Shown one piece after another: positions 1-10,104 of a DNA stretch of 64,000 nt. The notes beneath the pieces were generated by a model that searched no databases, was not told the origin of the DNA, and worked only from the letters and a program-made list of their open reading frames with translations. How positions within the stretch are numbered: position 1 is the stretch's first letter; each line of letters opens with the position of its first letter. The stretch comes from an uncultured Verrucomicrobiota bacterium. GTDB lineage: Bacteria > Verrucomicrobiota > Verrucomicrobiia > CAIQCK01. The stretch lies in the NCBI GenBank assembly GCA_964524715.1, contig CAZGGF010000076.1, positions 28,639 to 92,638 on the forward strand, given 5' to 3'. The position numbers and the translations under genes are program-made.

Positions 1-66
1 CGCGCCGCCAAACTCCCGCCGGACGTGCTCGTTGCCGTGGACGTGGACCCGCTGTCGATGTTGTGA
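1..66 (+). CDS. 3' end of an upstream gene (partial, product unknown)
   Basis: Frame 1 is open from the window edge to TGA at 64-66 (...DVDPLSML*). Too short to identify. Confidence 0.25.
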   Translation, partial: RAAKLPPDVLVAVDVDPLSML

Positions 67-225
67 AACGAACCGTTTAGCTTGCGGATTGCCCTTGTTC
101 TGCGGCCAAAGCTGCCTACAATGTTATCGAGATCATCCATGAGCCCTGCCATAATGAAACCGCAACCGACTCAGTACACTTTACGGGCATCCTTCCTCCG
201 TGTCAGACATCAAGAATCAAGGTCC

Positions 226-891
226 ATGTCATTGTTGTCTTCGTGCCTGATCGCGGCGTTGCTGTTTTCCTCGGGGTGCAGCAGCACCAAGGTCGCGGGT
301 CCATCGGGATTCGTGAGCAACTATTCAAGCTTGAAGAAAGGAACCTATTTCAATCAGGAACGGGTCGTTCCGAACACTGATTTCAAGGAATTCAAGGCCG
401 TAAAGGTCGCGCCAATCAGCTTGAGCTACATGGCTGACAAGACCGCCTGCGACACAACCGAACTTGAAAAGCTCGGCCGTGAATTCCGCGAAGTCATCGA
501 AGAAAAACTCCGTGCGAGCGGCCTGACGGTCACTTCCAATCCTTCTGGGAAGACGCTCGTGATCAGTCTTGCGATCACCAACGTGGAGCCTCCCGATGCC
601 TTGCTCAACGCCGGTCTCGCGGCAGCGACGCTCATGATGCCCGTGCCGTTGCCATTTGATAAAGATGGCGAAACGTCATTTGAGGGCAGGATCACCGACG
701 GCACAACTGGGAAGGTTCTGATCGAGTTTGCTGAAACGAGAATCGGAGCCGGCAGCCAGACAGACCTGACAGGCATGACCACCGGGAAGTTCCAGAAATT
801 CACGAATACGCAAATCGTCTTCACCCGATGGGCGGAGACGATAGCCAAGATGGTCAAGGAGTTGACCCAGGGAACCAAGCCTGCAACTTGA
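226..891 (+). CDS. DUF3313-like lipoprotein
   Basis: Track ORF 82..891 (TTG start) trimmed to ATG 226. MSLLSSCLIAALLFSSGC is a signal peptide with a lipobox Cys. The 'SGFVSNYSSLKKG...' layout recalls DUF3313 lipoproteins. Confidence 0.65.
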   Translation: MSLLSSCLIAALLFSSGCSSTKVAGPSGFVSNYSSLKKGTYFNQERVVPNTDFKEFKAVKVAPISLSYMADKTACDTTELEKLGREFREVIEEKLRASGLTVTSNPSGKTLVISLAITNVEPPDALLNAGLAAATLMMPVPLPFDKDGETSFEGRITDGTTGKVLIEFAETRIGAGSQTDLTGMTTGKFQKFTNTQIVFTRWAETIAKMVKELTQGTKPAT

Positions 892-1043
892 TCATGGCGA
901 CCTGCCTGATCTCAATCGACTCTCAACCCTTGGCTGTCACTACTGAAGTCTGAACAGCGAGTAGAGCGGCTTGCCCCGCTGAATATTGCATTGACAAGAC
1001 AAGGACATGGTAGTCTTTATGTCCCATAACAGAAGGGACCGAG

Positions 1044-1610
1044 ATGAATAAACTGCTAGTTCTGATGTTGACCATGGGAATGGCTGTGTCGGCATGTGCG
1101 CAATCGCCAGTGCAAGTCACAGTCCAACGAGCCACCAAGAAGAAGAGTGCTCAAGGCGCAGTGAACCAGCGCGGCAACACAATCTACTTCGATTACAATA
1201 CCGCGAGCGCGTCTATGGGGCTGCGTATTACAATTCAGAATACCAGTATACGTCCAGTCGAAGACGTGACACTCAAATGGGGCATTGTGAAAGCGCGTCT
1301 GACGGGCGATGGCCGTGCTGGAGATGTGGCCTATGGCAAGGAGGAGAAGTGTTCATTGAATCCGAAGGAAACCAAAGTCATCGAAACGGAAACCGTCGGT
1401 GCTCAGAAGCAGGAAGACCAGCTTTCTGATCGTCAATTTGGCGAGAAGATTCGTGGTCACGGTGTCCAAGTTGTGATCGGAGGCCGGGTGGTATGGGAGG
1501 AGTTCGTACCGCCGAACGTCAAGAAGGCCTTTGAGAATCTGAGACCCCTCGATGACCAAGAGAAGAGGCCAGAGCCAGAGAACCAACCGAAGAAGAAGGG
1601 CAAGAAGTAA
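1044..1610 (+). CDS. secreted hypothetical protein with Lys-rich C-terminal tail
   Basis: ATG 1044 follows a purine-rich stretch. N-terminal signal peptide MNKLLVLMLTMGMAVSACA. No recognisable domain. Confidence 0.6.
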   Translation: MNKLLVLMLTMGMAVSACAQSPVQVTVQRATKKKSAQGAVNQRGNTIYFDYNTASASMGLRITIQNTSIRPVEDVTLKWGIVKARLTGDGRAGDVAYGKEEKCSLNPKETKVIETETVGAQKQEDQLSDRQFGEKIRGHGVQVVIGGRVVWEEFVPPNVKKAFENLRPLDDQEKRPEPENQPKKKGKK

Positions 1611-1692
1611 CCGTTCGCGGCATAGTGCGGCCTTCGCAGAAGTGCGCATTTCGCTTTGACCTCGGCGGCGGGCTTGTGGCATTACTGGATGC

Positions 1693-2652
1693 ATGAAACA
1701 GCCCACGTTACTGACTACGTTAAAAGACTCGCTGCTGGAGAACTTCTTCCCCGCCGGGTGGGATCTGGCAAAGATTGACCGCTGTTGCTCTCAACCGCCT
1801 GCGTCCATCACGGACCGCCAGAAGTGGTGGCACAAGGATTTTCAGCCCCTGCCCTGCGATACGCTCGCGGACTTCGACATGATGATGGGTCATGAAATCG
1901 CGTTGACCATCGCAGAAGCAAAGGAGTCCGGCAAGCAGGTGGCGTTCATCCTGCCAGTCGGACCGATGGGGATGTACCGGTGGGTCGTTTACTTCCTCCG
2001 CGCGTGGGGCGTGGACTGTGGGCATGTCCACGGGTTCAACATGGACGAGTGGAGCGATGCCAAGGGTAACACGCTGCCTCCGACCAATCCCGGCGCGTTC
2101 CAGTATGCGATGGAACAGGCGTTCTACGGGCCGCTCGGCAAGTTGACGGTGCCGCCAAAGCAGCGTCATTTCGCGACCAAGGACTCGTTGCCGCATTACC
2201 GCGAGCAAATCGGCGAACTGCGCGTAGCGGGTGCAGACCTGGTAGTGGTGTTCGGCATCGGCCGGGTGTTTCATATTGCGTTTTGGGAGCCGCACTTCGC
2301 TGCGGACTTCAAGAGCGAGGCAGAGTGGCGGCGGCAATCCCACCGGCTCGGAGCGAAGCTGCATCCGCTCACCATCGAGCAGAACGCCATCACAAGCTTC
2401 AAGAGCCGCACGACACTGGTGCCGACGCGCGCCAATACGATCGGACCGGCGCTGTTCCTGTCGGCCGACAAGATCATCGGTGGCTGCGACGGCGCACTCG
2501 GCCGCGGCATGGCGTGGCAGGGTTTGTCCCTGTGGGTAACGCTCCGCTACGGCCCGAGCATGTGGATTCCATCGAGCTTCATGCCGACGCAAGCGGGCAA
2601 GCTCTTCTACCTCAAGGAACTGGCAGGCCCGCTCGTGGCGGAATGCAACTAG
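1693..2652 (+). CDS. glucosamine-6-phosphate deaminase / 6-phosphogluconolactonase (NagB-like) family protein
   Basis: 319-aa ORF with an ATG start. '[15 protein letters not shown]...HGFNMDEW' resembles the NagB/6PGL sugar-phosphate isomerase fold. The antisense ORF 1720..2592 is an Arg-rich shadow. Confidence 0.6.
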   Translation: MKQPTLLTTLKDSLLENFFPAGWDLAKIDRCCSQPPASITDRQKWWHKDFQPLPCDTLADFDMMMGHEIALTIAEAKESGKQVAFILPVGPMGMYRWVVYFLRAWGVDCGHVHGFNMDEWSDAKGNTLPPTNPGAFQYAMEQAFYGPLGKLTVPPKQRHFATKDSLPHYREQIGELRVAGADLVVVFGIGRVFHIAFWEPHFAADFKSEAEWRRQSHRLGAKLHPLTIEQNAITSFKSRTTLVPTRANTIGPALFLSADKIIGGCDGALGRGMAWQGLSLWVTLRYGPSMWIPSSFMPTQAGKLFYLKELAGPLVAECN

Positions 2653-2777
2653 GAGCAGCAGCGGTCGGGATCAAGCAGTAGAGGGTGTGTTGCAGCGGCA
2701 ACCGGATTGGCTGCCACGCTGATCCGTCGTGATGTGCGACCCTGCAACACCGCGCAGGAACGTCTCAACGATACGCG

Positions 2778-3488
2778 CTAACCAACTACGCCAGCAGTAG
2801 CGGCAACTGGTCGCGATACTCGTTTCGCCAGCCAAAGTCCGGCGATGGCGATCAGCGTTCCCACGGCAAACAGCTCCCACGAGTAACTGACACCCTTATA
2901 GCCACTGCCAGAAATTCGTTCCGCGTCCTTGACGAATGACCAATACCACACCCCAAATGCCAGCACTTGCGACACAACCAGGGTGAAGGACCAGCGAACT
3001 GGCCGCCCCCGGATTTCATATACGTGCAGCCAGCAACACGCGCCCACGAAGTATACGCTGATGAGAACCGGCGCCAGCACCGGCCCGTACCACGGTTTCG
3101 GAATCAGAAACAGACAATCCCAAGTCAGCAGCGCGCCCGGCCATCCGGTCCACCAGTGCAAGCCAACGTAATAGAGAATATCCCAGATGCCGAACGCGAA
3201 GAAGAAGCACGCGAGACGCGAGCGCCAGTTGATGCCAGTAAGCCACGCCACCGCTGCCAACATGATAATCGTGCAGACCTCCCGTGGAATCTCAACCGGC
3301 ATTTTCTCCAGCGGCGGGATGGGATAGTAGTTCTCCACCGGAAACAACCGGCGCAGGTAAATGACGCAGACAGCTTCCAGCAAGCCCATCGCGATCGCAT
3401 AAACACCCAGCCAAGCCAATCGCCGCCAGATCTGCCGCGCTTCAGTCGTCAGTGTCGGTTCCATGGGTGCCAGTTTATGCGGCGTCAT
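2778..3488 (-). CDS. polytopic membrane protein, unknown function
   Basis: Several hydrophobic helices rich in W/Y/F. The track start 3500 is TTG; the first ATG is at 3488. Confidence 0.6.
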   Translation of the reverse strand: MTPHKLAPMEPTLTTEARQIWRRLAWLGVYAIAMGLLEAVCVIYLRRLFPVENYYPIPPLEKMPVEIPREVCTIIMLAAVAWLTGINWRSRLACFFFAFGIWDILYYVGLHWWTGWPGALLTWDCLFLIPKPWYGPVLAPVLISVYFVGACCWLHVYEIRGRPVRWSFTLVVSQVLAFGVWYWSFVKDAERISGSGYKGVSYSWELFAVGTLIAIAGLWLAKRVSRPVAATAGVVG

Positions 3489-3659
3489 CTTTCCACGCAA
3501 CGCTTCTCACGAACGCAGCGGAAGACGGCCATCCGCGGCAAACTATCGCGAAGAACAGCCCCCATCCTGCCATGGTGCTCCCCTCCCCCCCGATTTGAGT
3601 TTGCAAAAACGTTGGCGTTGACCCGCAGGCAAGAACTGTGCGATACCGCTGTCATAATT

Positions 3660-4274
3660 ATGGCAACACCTGACGAAAAAATTCTCGGATTCCCTCGTGC
3701 GGTCTTCGAGCAACTCGGCGTTTTTCACGGCTTCAACCCGGACGTGGACCGCTACCTACTCGCAATCCTCGACCCAAAGAACAACAGCTTCCGCCTTCGT
3801 GCACAGGCGGAGACCGACCCAAGTTTCAAGCAGATCATCCCCTACGTCGTCATTACCGATGGCGAGCGTGTGCTGCATTATGTCCGCGGCAAGAAGGCCG
3901 GCGAGCAAAGGCTGGTGGCCAAAGGTTCCATCGGCATCGGCGGCCACATCAACGACGAGGACCATTCGCTGTTCGCGGTGGGGATGGATGCGTTCCGTGC
4001 CGCCGTCGAACGCGAGGTGCGCGAAGAATTGAATGTCGAGGGAGCTTTCGATGCCAAGCCTGTTGGACTCATCAACGATGACTCGGTCGAAGTGGGTCGG
4101 GTCCATTTCGGCGTCGTCCACGTGCTTCGTCGTCGGCCTGAACAGGTGAAAAAGCGCGAGCAGGTCATCGCCCAGCAAGAGTGGCTCACCCCCGACGAAC
4201 TGCGCGACCGCCGCGACCGAATGGAGACGTGGTCGCAATTCTGTCTCGACAACATCAACAGCCTGTTGAAGTGA
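3660..4274 (+). CDS. NUDIX-type (MutT-family) phosphoesterase
   Basis: Only the C-terminal 204 aa of track ORF 2967..4274 look real; its N-terminal part is antisense to the membrane gene. ATG at 3660. Nudix-box-like 'GGHI...REVREELNV'. Confidence 0.65.
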   Translation: MATPDEKILGFPRAVFEQLGVFHGFNPDVDRYLLAILDPKNNSFRLRAQAETDPSFKQIIPYVVITDGERVLHYVRGKKAGEQRLVAKGSIGIGGHINDEDHSLFAVGMDAFRAAVEREVREELNVEGAFDAKPVGLINDDSVEVGRVHFGVVHVLRRRPEQVKKREQVIAQQEWLTPDELRDRRDRMETWSQFCLDNINSLLK

Positions 4275-4945
4275 ACACCGCGACCTTTTCCATCGTCGCT
4301 CGCTGCCCAAAGACCGGGGACATGGGCGTGGCCACCGCGTCGAAGTACCTCGGCGTGGGTGCCGTTGTGCCGTGGGCCGAAGAAGGTGTCGGCGTCGTAG
4401 CCACGCAACACTGGGCCTCGCCACGCATGGCTCAACACGCGATCACGATGATGCGGACCGGGCACCAGCCCAGGATGATTCTCACGCAACTGATCGCCGA
4501 TGACCGCGAGAAGGCTGAAACGCGGCAGTTGGCGCTGATGGATGTACAAGGACGCAAAGCCGCCTGGACGCCGTCGCTCAATGTATCCGATCCGCAGGCA
4601 AAGTACTTCGGCCAGGTGGAGACGGAGAACGCCATCGCGCTCGGCAACACACTGGCCGGCCCGCAGGTGTTGGAAGCCATGCGAACGAAGTTCGTTGAAC
4701 TGGAGAAAACGAGTGTGTCACTTGCGTGGCGGTTGCTTGCGGCATTGAAGGCTGCCGACAAGGCGGGTGGCGATCATCGAGGCAAACAATCCGCAGCCGT
4801 TCTGGTCGTCGGCGGACGAAAGGGCACAGCGGAGGACATTCACAAGGTGAATTATCGTGTGGATGACCATGCAGCGCCCATAGACGAGCTCATCCGTATT
4901 TATAAACTTCGTTTTAACCGACCCGCTGTAGACTACATACCCTGA
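4271..4945 (+). CDS. DUF1028 family (Ntn-hydrolase-like) protein
   Basis: 'TFSIVARCPKTGDMGVATASKYLGVGAVVPWA' is the typical DUF1028 N-terminus. GTG 4271 overlaps the upstream TGA (GTGA), suggesting coupling. Confidence 0.75.
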   Translation: MNTATFSIVARCPKTGDMGVATASKYLGVGAVVPWAEEGVGVVATQHWASPRMAQHAITMMRTGHQPRMILTQLIADDREKAETRQLALMDVQGRKAAWTPSLNVSDPQAKYFGQVETENAIALGNTLAGPQVLEAMRTKFVELEKTSVSLAWRLLAALKAADKAGGDHRGKQSAAVLVVGGRKGTAEDIHKVNYRVDDHAAPIDELIRIYKLRFNRPAVDYIP

Positions 4946-5018
4946 CAGGGCAGGACGAGGCCCCGGCGATGGCAGCTATTGCCGCCGCGGTTCACCCTGA
5001 TCCGAGAGTGAGAACGCT

Positions 5019-5960
5019 ATGCAAACTATTCTGCTAGGCACAAGTTCCATGGTCGTCAGCCGGCTTTGCTACGGCTGCTGGCGCATCATCGGCTGGTCGC
5101 CGAACGAGATCACGCCTGCGCTGGAGGACTCCGCCCGCCGCTCGATCATCGCCGCCTATGAGTCGGGCTACACCTTTTTCGACCACGCCGACATTTATTG
5201 TTGGGGCATGGCGGAACATATCTTCGGGACTGTGCTGAAACAAATCTCCGGGATGCGCGAACGGGTCATCATCGCCACCAAGTGCGGCATCCGGCGACAG
5301 GGCGATCCAACTCCCGCCATGCCGGCGCGCTGGGATTTCTCCGCATCTCACATCATCGCCTCCACCGAGGCGTCGTTGCGGCGGCTCGGCATCGATACGC
5401 TGGATGTGCTCATGCTTCACCGGCCCGACTATCTGGCCGATCCGGCAGAGATCGCGCGGGCCTTCACGCAACTGCGGGATGCGGGCAAGGTGCGTTTCTT
5501 CGGCATCAGCAATTTTCGTCCATCGCTGGCGGCAGCAGTGCAGGCAGCCTGCCACTTCCCGCTGGTCACGCACCAAGTCGAAATCAGCCTCGCCAAGCTC
5601 GACGCGTTCACCGATGGCACCCTTGACCAGTGTCTCGCCACAAAAATGACTCCCATGGCTTGGAGCCCGATGGCCGGAGGCCAGCTTGCCGGAGGCGCGA
5701 AACGGCTTTTGCCTTCGCAACAAAACTATCGGATTTCACCCATCGTTGAAGCGATTGACCCCATCGCCAAGGCTCGCGGCGTCAGCCGCAGCACGATCGC
5801 CCTGGCGTGGTTGATGAAGCATCCATCGAAGATCATCCCTGTCGTCGGTTCCACCCATCCTGACCGCATCCGCGAAGCAACAAAAGCGGTCGAAATCGAA
5901 CTGACACGAGAGGAGTGGTACCGGCTGTTTGTGGCTGCGAGCGGTGCGCCGCTGCCCTGA
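5019..5960 (+). CDS. aldo/keto reductase family oxidoreductase
   Basis: 313 aa. 'CYGCWRI', 'FFDHADIY', 'LDVLMLHRPD' and 'GISNF' are classic AKR motifs. Confidence 0.9.
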   Translation: MQTILLGTSSMVVSRLCYGCWRIIGWSPNEITPALEDSARRSIIAAYESGYTFFDHADIYCWGMAEHIFGTVLKQISGMRERVIIATKCGIRRQGDPTPAMPARWDFSASHIIASTEASLRRLGIDTLDVLMLHRPDYLADPAEIARAFTQLRDAGKVRFFGISNFRPSLAAAVQAACHFPLVTHQVEISLAKLDAFTDGTLDQCLATKMTPMAWSPMAGGQLAGGAKRLLPSQQNYRISPIVEAIDPIAKARGVSRSTIALAWLMKHPSKIIPVVGSTHPDRIREATKAVEIELTREEWYRLFVAASGAPLP

Positions 5961-6019
5961 AACGGATTTCGCTTCAGACGGTCCGGCCGCCCGCGTTCCC
6001 CGCAACACGGGGCGAATTT

Positions 6020-7078
6020 CTACGTCGCGATATGCGAACCTGGCCCCAGCGCGTCGAGCTGGCCATTGTCCAGTTCCACCAGGAGCCCCGACCTGACCAG
6101 TCCGTCGACGTCCGTCTTCACATCCTGCTCAGCAACCGCTTGGGCGGCAAAATGATCCCGCAGTGTGTGGCGATTCGGTTTATGTCCGCGCCGGGCCGGT
6201 GCGCTGGCGAGCGCGAGAATCTCCTGCTGGCGCGGCGTGAGTTGGTCGCGCTCCGAGGGATAACGCGGGTAGCAACGGCAGGCATATTGATGACCGAGGA
6301 TATCGCGGAAAATCTGCAGACCACGCTGGCTGAGCGCCTGCCGCAACAGCGCCAGAAAATGCCCCGGTTCCTTCTTCTCCTTGTCCCACACCTGATTGCA
6401 GGCCCGGCGAATGTCACGGCATTCGAGATGCCGCACGCGAAGCGCGGGAACCGCCAGTTCCGGCTCTGTTTTCTCCACATTGCCGGCATGCGCCTGCCGC
6501 ACGTGATCCAGCAGCGCCCGTTCATCCACCACGAGTTCGTCGCAGAACGCGCAATGCAGTTCCTCCATGACACTGAGGGACTTCCGCCACGCTTCCACGT
6601 CGTCCTGCGAATTGGAGTTTGTCACTTTCGACCGGAACTCATCGAACGGCACCTGGTCGTGGCGCTCCTTGTGATGAGCCACAAGCCGCGCGCTGAATTC
6701 GTGGTAGTTGGGAGGACAGAGCAACGCACGGCACAAACCGCATCGGGCCACGAACTGAAAATTACCCTTGGGCGGCTCAACAGCCTTTGGCACGGTCTTG
6801 ACAGCCTTCCCCGCGTGCTGTTGGCGAAAATGCCGGAACACCAGTTCCGCGCCCGAAAACGCCTGCCCGCACTCGAGGCAAAGATGGAACACCGCCTTGG
6901 TGTCGCGCGGCGGCTTCAATACGAACGTCAGCGCGTTCGGCTGGTTCACAAGATTGCGCCACAAGTCAAAAAGCGCATGCGCCCGGCCATCGGCCTTGAG
7001 CTTTTGTGCCAGCTTGTCGAGCGGCGGCGACTCCAGCCGCAGCGTGCAAAAAATCACCTTCTCGGCAACAGGTTTCAT
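6020..7078 (-). CDS. hypothetical protein with C2H2-type zinc-finger motifs
   Basis: ATG 7078 (the track GTG 7108 is less likely). CLEC-X12-H-X4-H and CAFC-X12-H-X4-H, plus a variant CGLC...HHKERH. The opposite-strand ORF 5915..7126 is an Arg-rich shadow. Confidence 0.65.
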   Translation of the reverse strand: MKPVAEKVIFCTLRLESPPLDKLAQKLKADGRAHALFDLWRNLVNQPNALTFVLKPPRDTKAVFHLCLECGQAFSGAELVFRHFRQQHAGKAVKTVPKAVEPPKGNFQFVARCGLCRALLCPPNYHEFSARLVAHHKERHDQVPFDEFRSKVTNSNSQDDVEAWRKSLSVMEELHCAFCDELVVDERALLDHVRQAHAGNVEKTEPELAVPALRVRHLECRDIRRACNQVWDKEKKEPGHFLALLRQALSQRGLQIFRDILGHQYACRCYPRYPSERDQLTPRQQEILALASAPARRGHKPNRHTLRDHFAAQAVAEQDVKTDVDGLVRSGLLVELDNGQLDALGPGSHIAT

Positions 7079-7198
7079 CTGTCCACTCGTTTCGCGCCGT
7101 CGTTGCACCCAATTTCATCCAATTGACGGCGCACGCGCATTCTCCTAGAGTGCCCGCGTGAGTCAACGCTAAAGGATAACGATAACCGACTTTTTCTC

Positions 7199-8077
7199 AT
7201 GAGAATCATCCGCTTCACCACCCCTGGCCTGCAGTTTCAGGACGGCTATCATTTCCGCCTTGGGCTGCTCGATGGCGAACGTGTCATCGACCTGACCACC
7301 AAGGATCCGAACACCTTCGGCTCAATATCAGGGCTGCTACGGCTGGATGAGCCAGCCGCGGCCGTGGCCGAGGCGATTCAAAACGCCCCCGCCCTGCCGC
7401 TGCGGCAAGTGCAATTGGAGGCGCCCATCGATGTGCAGGAGGTTTGGGCATCCGACGTCACCTATCCGAAATGCCGCGACATGCGCGTGGCCGCCGCCGC
7501 CAGGAATGGCGGCGCCGTGCTCTACGAGAAGGTCTTCGGCGCGCCGCGACCGGAGTTGTTCTTCAAGGCAACGCCAGAGCGCACCGTCGGTCCCGACCAG
7601 CAAGTCCGCATCCGTGTGGACTCCAAGCGCAGCATACCCGAGCCCTCGCTGGCGCTGGTCATCAACTACGCTGGAGCCGTCATCGGCTATACCATCGGCA
7701 ACGACATTTGCTCGCGCGACCTTGCGGACGAGAATCCCCTCTATCTACCGCAAGCCAGGGTATATCGAGGCAGTTGCGCACTGGGCCCATGCATCCTGCT
7801 CAAGGAGGAAGTCGCCAACCCGAAGGCATTGGAGATCACGATGCGGATCGAGCGCGACGATGTGCTCCTGTTCCAAGGACAGGCCGGCGTGGCGGGAATG
7901 AACCGCAGCTTTGAGGAACTCGCCGATTATCTGTTCCGCGAAAATGACTTTGTCCCCGGAGTCTTCCTGCTGACCGGCACAAGCATCGTACCGCCCGCGG
8001 ATTTTGCGCTCAACCACAACGACCTCATTGAGATCGAGATTCCGCCCATTGGCGTGTTGAGAAACACCGTGGAGTGA
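7199..8077 (+). CDS. fumarylacetoacetate hydrolase (FAH) family protein, 2-keto-3-deoxy-sugar-acid dehydratase-like
   Basis: 292 aa. 'ELFFKATPERTVGP...EPSLALVIN...IGYTIGNDICSRD' matches the FAH-family core. Confidence 0.8.
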   Translation: MRIIRFTTPGLQFQDGYHFRLGLLDGERVIDLTTKDPNTFGSISGLLRLDEPAAAVAEAIQNAPALPLRQVQLEAPIDVQEVWASDVTYPKCRDMRVAAAARNGGAVLYEKVFGAPRPELFFKATPERTVGPDQQVRIRVDSKRSIPEPSLALVINYAGAVIGYTIGNDICSRDLADENPLYLPQARVYRGSCALGPCILLKEEVANPKALEITMRIERDDVLLFQGQAGVAGMNRSFEELADYLFRENDFVPGVFLLTGTSIVPPADFALNHNDLIEIEIPPIGVLRNTVE

Positions 8078-8089
8078 CGCGACAGGCGG

Positions 8090-8125
8090 GGGTCCGCCGG
8101 CCCGGTAGTGTCCTAATTTGAAATC
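8090..8125. repeat. left inverted repeat of the cassette
   Basis: Starts about 13 nt after the FAH gene stop. The core at 8104-8125 pairs with 10105-10126. Confidence 0.7.
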
Positions 8126-8414
8126 CAAACGGCCCAAATCTGGAAAACATAGCCCAGAATAATTAGGACCAATGCAGACGATGAAATCAGGCGGTAAACG
8201 TTCTTTGTTTGTCTAGTTTGTTTGGCGGTTTCCTCTGAGTCGCACGGTGGACTGAGGCGGGGCGCTGGCCGTCCCAAGACGGGAAACACGAAGGTAAAAA
8301 ATGTGTTTCCGTCTCAACCGAAGTGTGGAACAATGCGCTATCGAAATGGAACGGCAAAGCATCACAACTCGTTAATAACCTGATGACCAAATTCATCGCG
8401 AACGAGGTGCTGCC

Positions 8415-9566
8415 ATGACTACGGTTGAGGTCAAAAAAGAGTTGTTAAGCTGGGCTAGAGAGCGAGCCGACTTGCCTGTTGAGAAGTTGTTGAAGCCTTT
8501 CCCTAAATATCAAGAATGGGAAAACGGCGAGTCTTGCCCGACGCTAAAGGAACTTCAACGACTAGCTTCCAGACTATATGCCCCGTTGGGCTATTTCTTC
8601 CTGAAATCTCCCCCGGAAGAAAAATTGCCAATTCAAGATTTCCGCACCGTTACTGGAGAACCAGTGCTGCGTCCCAGCCCCGAAATGCTGGATACGATAT
8701 ACGCGATGCAGCAACGGCAGGAATGGTATAAAGAGTTCCTGATTGAGGAGGGCGATGAGCCGCTGGTTTTTGTTGCTTCCAAAACCACCGCCGATGATCC
8801 TGCGACAATTGCGAATGATATGCGCTCGACTTTGGGGCTGGCCCAAGGGTGGGCCAATGAGTGCCGCACTTGGACCGACGCTCTTGATGAATTGGGAGTA
8901 AGGGTTGAGCAGATCGGTGTCTTGACGGTGTGGAATGGAGTGGTGGGCAACAATACGCGCCGAAAACTGGATGTGGATGAATTTCGCGGCTTTGTGTTGT
9001 GTGATTCTTACGCGCCACTGATATTCATTAACAACGCCGATTCCAAGTCGGCTCAAATGTTCACCCTCGCGCACGAACTGGCGCACGTATGGTTGGGAAG
9101 CAGCGGCGTTGTGAACCTCGAACAACTGGAGCCAGCGAACAACGATATAGAAAAATTCTGCAACAAGGTGGCTGCGGAGTTTTTAATTCCTCAGACTGAG
9201 GTTGCGGCTGCATGGGAATCCGCTAGACGCTTGCCTGATCCGTTTGGTCAAATGGCAAGGCGTTTCAAGGTTAGCCAGCTAGTAGCGGCTCGGCGTGTCT
9301 TGGATGCCGCCTACATTTCCAAGGCTGATTTTATCGAGTTCTACAAGGAGTATTTGACCGACGAGCGCAGGAAGAAATCTCGTCAGAAAAAAGGCGGCGA
9401 TTTTTACAATAATTGCAATGTCCGCATAGGCCGCACTTTCGCTGGGGCTGTTTTGCGGGCCACGCATGAAGGGAAGTTGCCCTACGTTGAAGCCTATCGC
9501 CTGACGGGACTGAGCGGCACGACGTTTGATAAGTATTTTCGCAAAATCGGCGACGCAATCGGATGA
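8415..9566 (+). CDS. XRE-type HTH + ImmA/IrrE (COG2856) zinc metallopeptidase fusion
   Basis: ATG 8415 with GAGGTG upstream. N-terminal HTH-like 'LLSWARERADLPVEKL...WENGESCPTLKELQRLA'. HEXXH motif 'FTLAHELAHVWLG'. Confidence 0.85.
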   Translation: MTTVEVKKELLSWARERADLPVEKLLKPFPKYQEWENGESCPTLKELQRLASRLYAPLGYFFLKSPPEEKLPIQDFRTVTGEPVLRPSPEMLDTIYAMQQRQEWYKEFLIEEGDEPLVFVASKTTADDPATIANDMRSTLGLAQGWANECRTWTDALDELGVRVEQIGVLTVWNGVVGNNTRRKLDVDEFRGFVLCDSYAPLIFINNADSKSAQMFTLAHELAHVWLGSSGVVNLEQLEPANNDIEKFCNKVAAEFLIPQTEVAAAWESARRLPDPFGQMARRFKVSQLVAARRVLDAAYISKADFIEFYKEYLTDERRKKSRQKKGGDFYNNCNVRIGRTFAGAVLRATHEGKLPYVEAYRLTGLSGTTFDKYFRKIGDAIG

Positions 9567-10081
9567 GCAATCCGCCCCCAAACTACTTGGTAGATACGAG
9601 CGTGTTTGTTCAAGCGCATCGGAAGTATTACTCCTTCAACCTGTGTCCGGGGTTTTGGAAAAGCGTGGTTTGGTTCAACAAGGAAGGCAAGGTTTTCAGT
9701 CTGGACAAGGTTAAGCAGGATATTCTCGCCGGAAGAGAAGAAGACCCGTTGAAACAGTGGGCAAAATCTGCAATGAAATTCGAGCCATCCACCGACCTCG
9801 ATGTCGTGGCATGGTATGCCAAGATGCAGCAGTGGGCGCAAGCACATCCTCAATATACGGATGCCGCCAAAGCTGAATTTGCCAGCGTATCGGATGCGTG
9901 GATTATTGCTTTTGCAAAAGCGAAGAACCTCACCCTTGTAACGGATGAGAGATACGACGCCAAGATCAAGCGGAGAATTAAGATTCCGAATGTGTGCAAA
10001 GCACCAGATTTTTCGATTGCCTGCATCACTACCTTTGACATGTTGAAAGCCTTAGGGGTGAAGTTCGATTGGCAATTGTGA
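9563..10081 (+). CDS. DUF4411 family PIN-like nuclease (putative toxin/effector)
   Basis: ATGA overlap with the upstream stop. 'YLVDTSVFVQAHRKYYSFNLCPGFW' matches the DUF4411 N-terminus. Confidence 0.75.
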   Translation: MSNPPPNYLVDTSVFVQAHRKYYSFNLCPGFWKSVVWFNKEGKVFSLDKVKQDILAGREEDPLKQWAKSAMKFEPSTDLDVVAWYAKMQQWAQAHPQYTDAAKAEFASVSDAWIIAFAKAKNLTLVTDERYDAKIKRRIKIPNVCKAPDFSIACITTFDMLKALGVKFDWQL

Positions 10082-10104
10082 GCGCGGGCGCTTTTGAGGG
10101 GCTT

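Noticed and set aside
2967-3659. N-terminal 231 aa of track ORF 2967..4274
   Set aside because: This part is antisense to the membrane-protein gene 2778..3488 and is Arg/Pro/Gln-rich. The recognisable NUDIX-like domain begins at ATG 3660.
5997-6011. Small hairpin CCCCG-CAACA-CGGGG between convergent genes, considered as a bidirectional terminator
   Set aside because: The stem is only 5 bp with no flanking U-tract, which is below what I can support.
5915-7126. 403-aa plus-strand ORF overlapping the zinc-finger gene
   Set aside because: Arg/Leu/His-rich composition with no motifs, typical of an antisense shadow ORF in high-GC DNA. The minus-strand frame carries clean C2H2 motifs and an ATG start.
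8187-8396. 69-aa minus-strand ORF, and an 8-bp-stem hairpin (GGAAACAC...GTGTTTCC, about 8280-8310), in the cassette's leader region
   Set aside because: No start context, no motif and an odd composition. This is more likely the promoter or 5' UTR region of the ImmA/IrrE gene. The hairpin alone is too weak to call.
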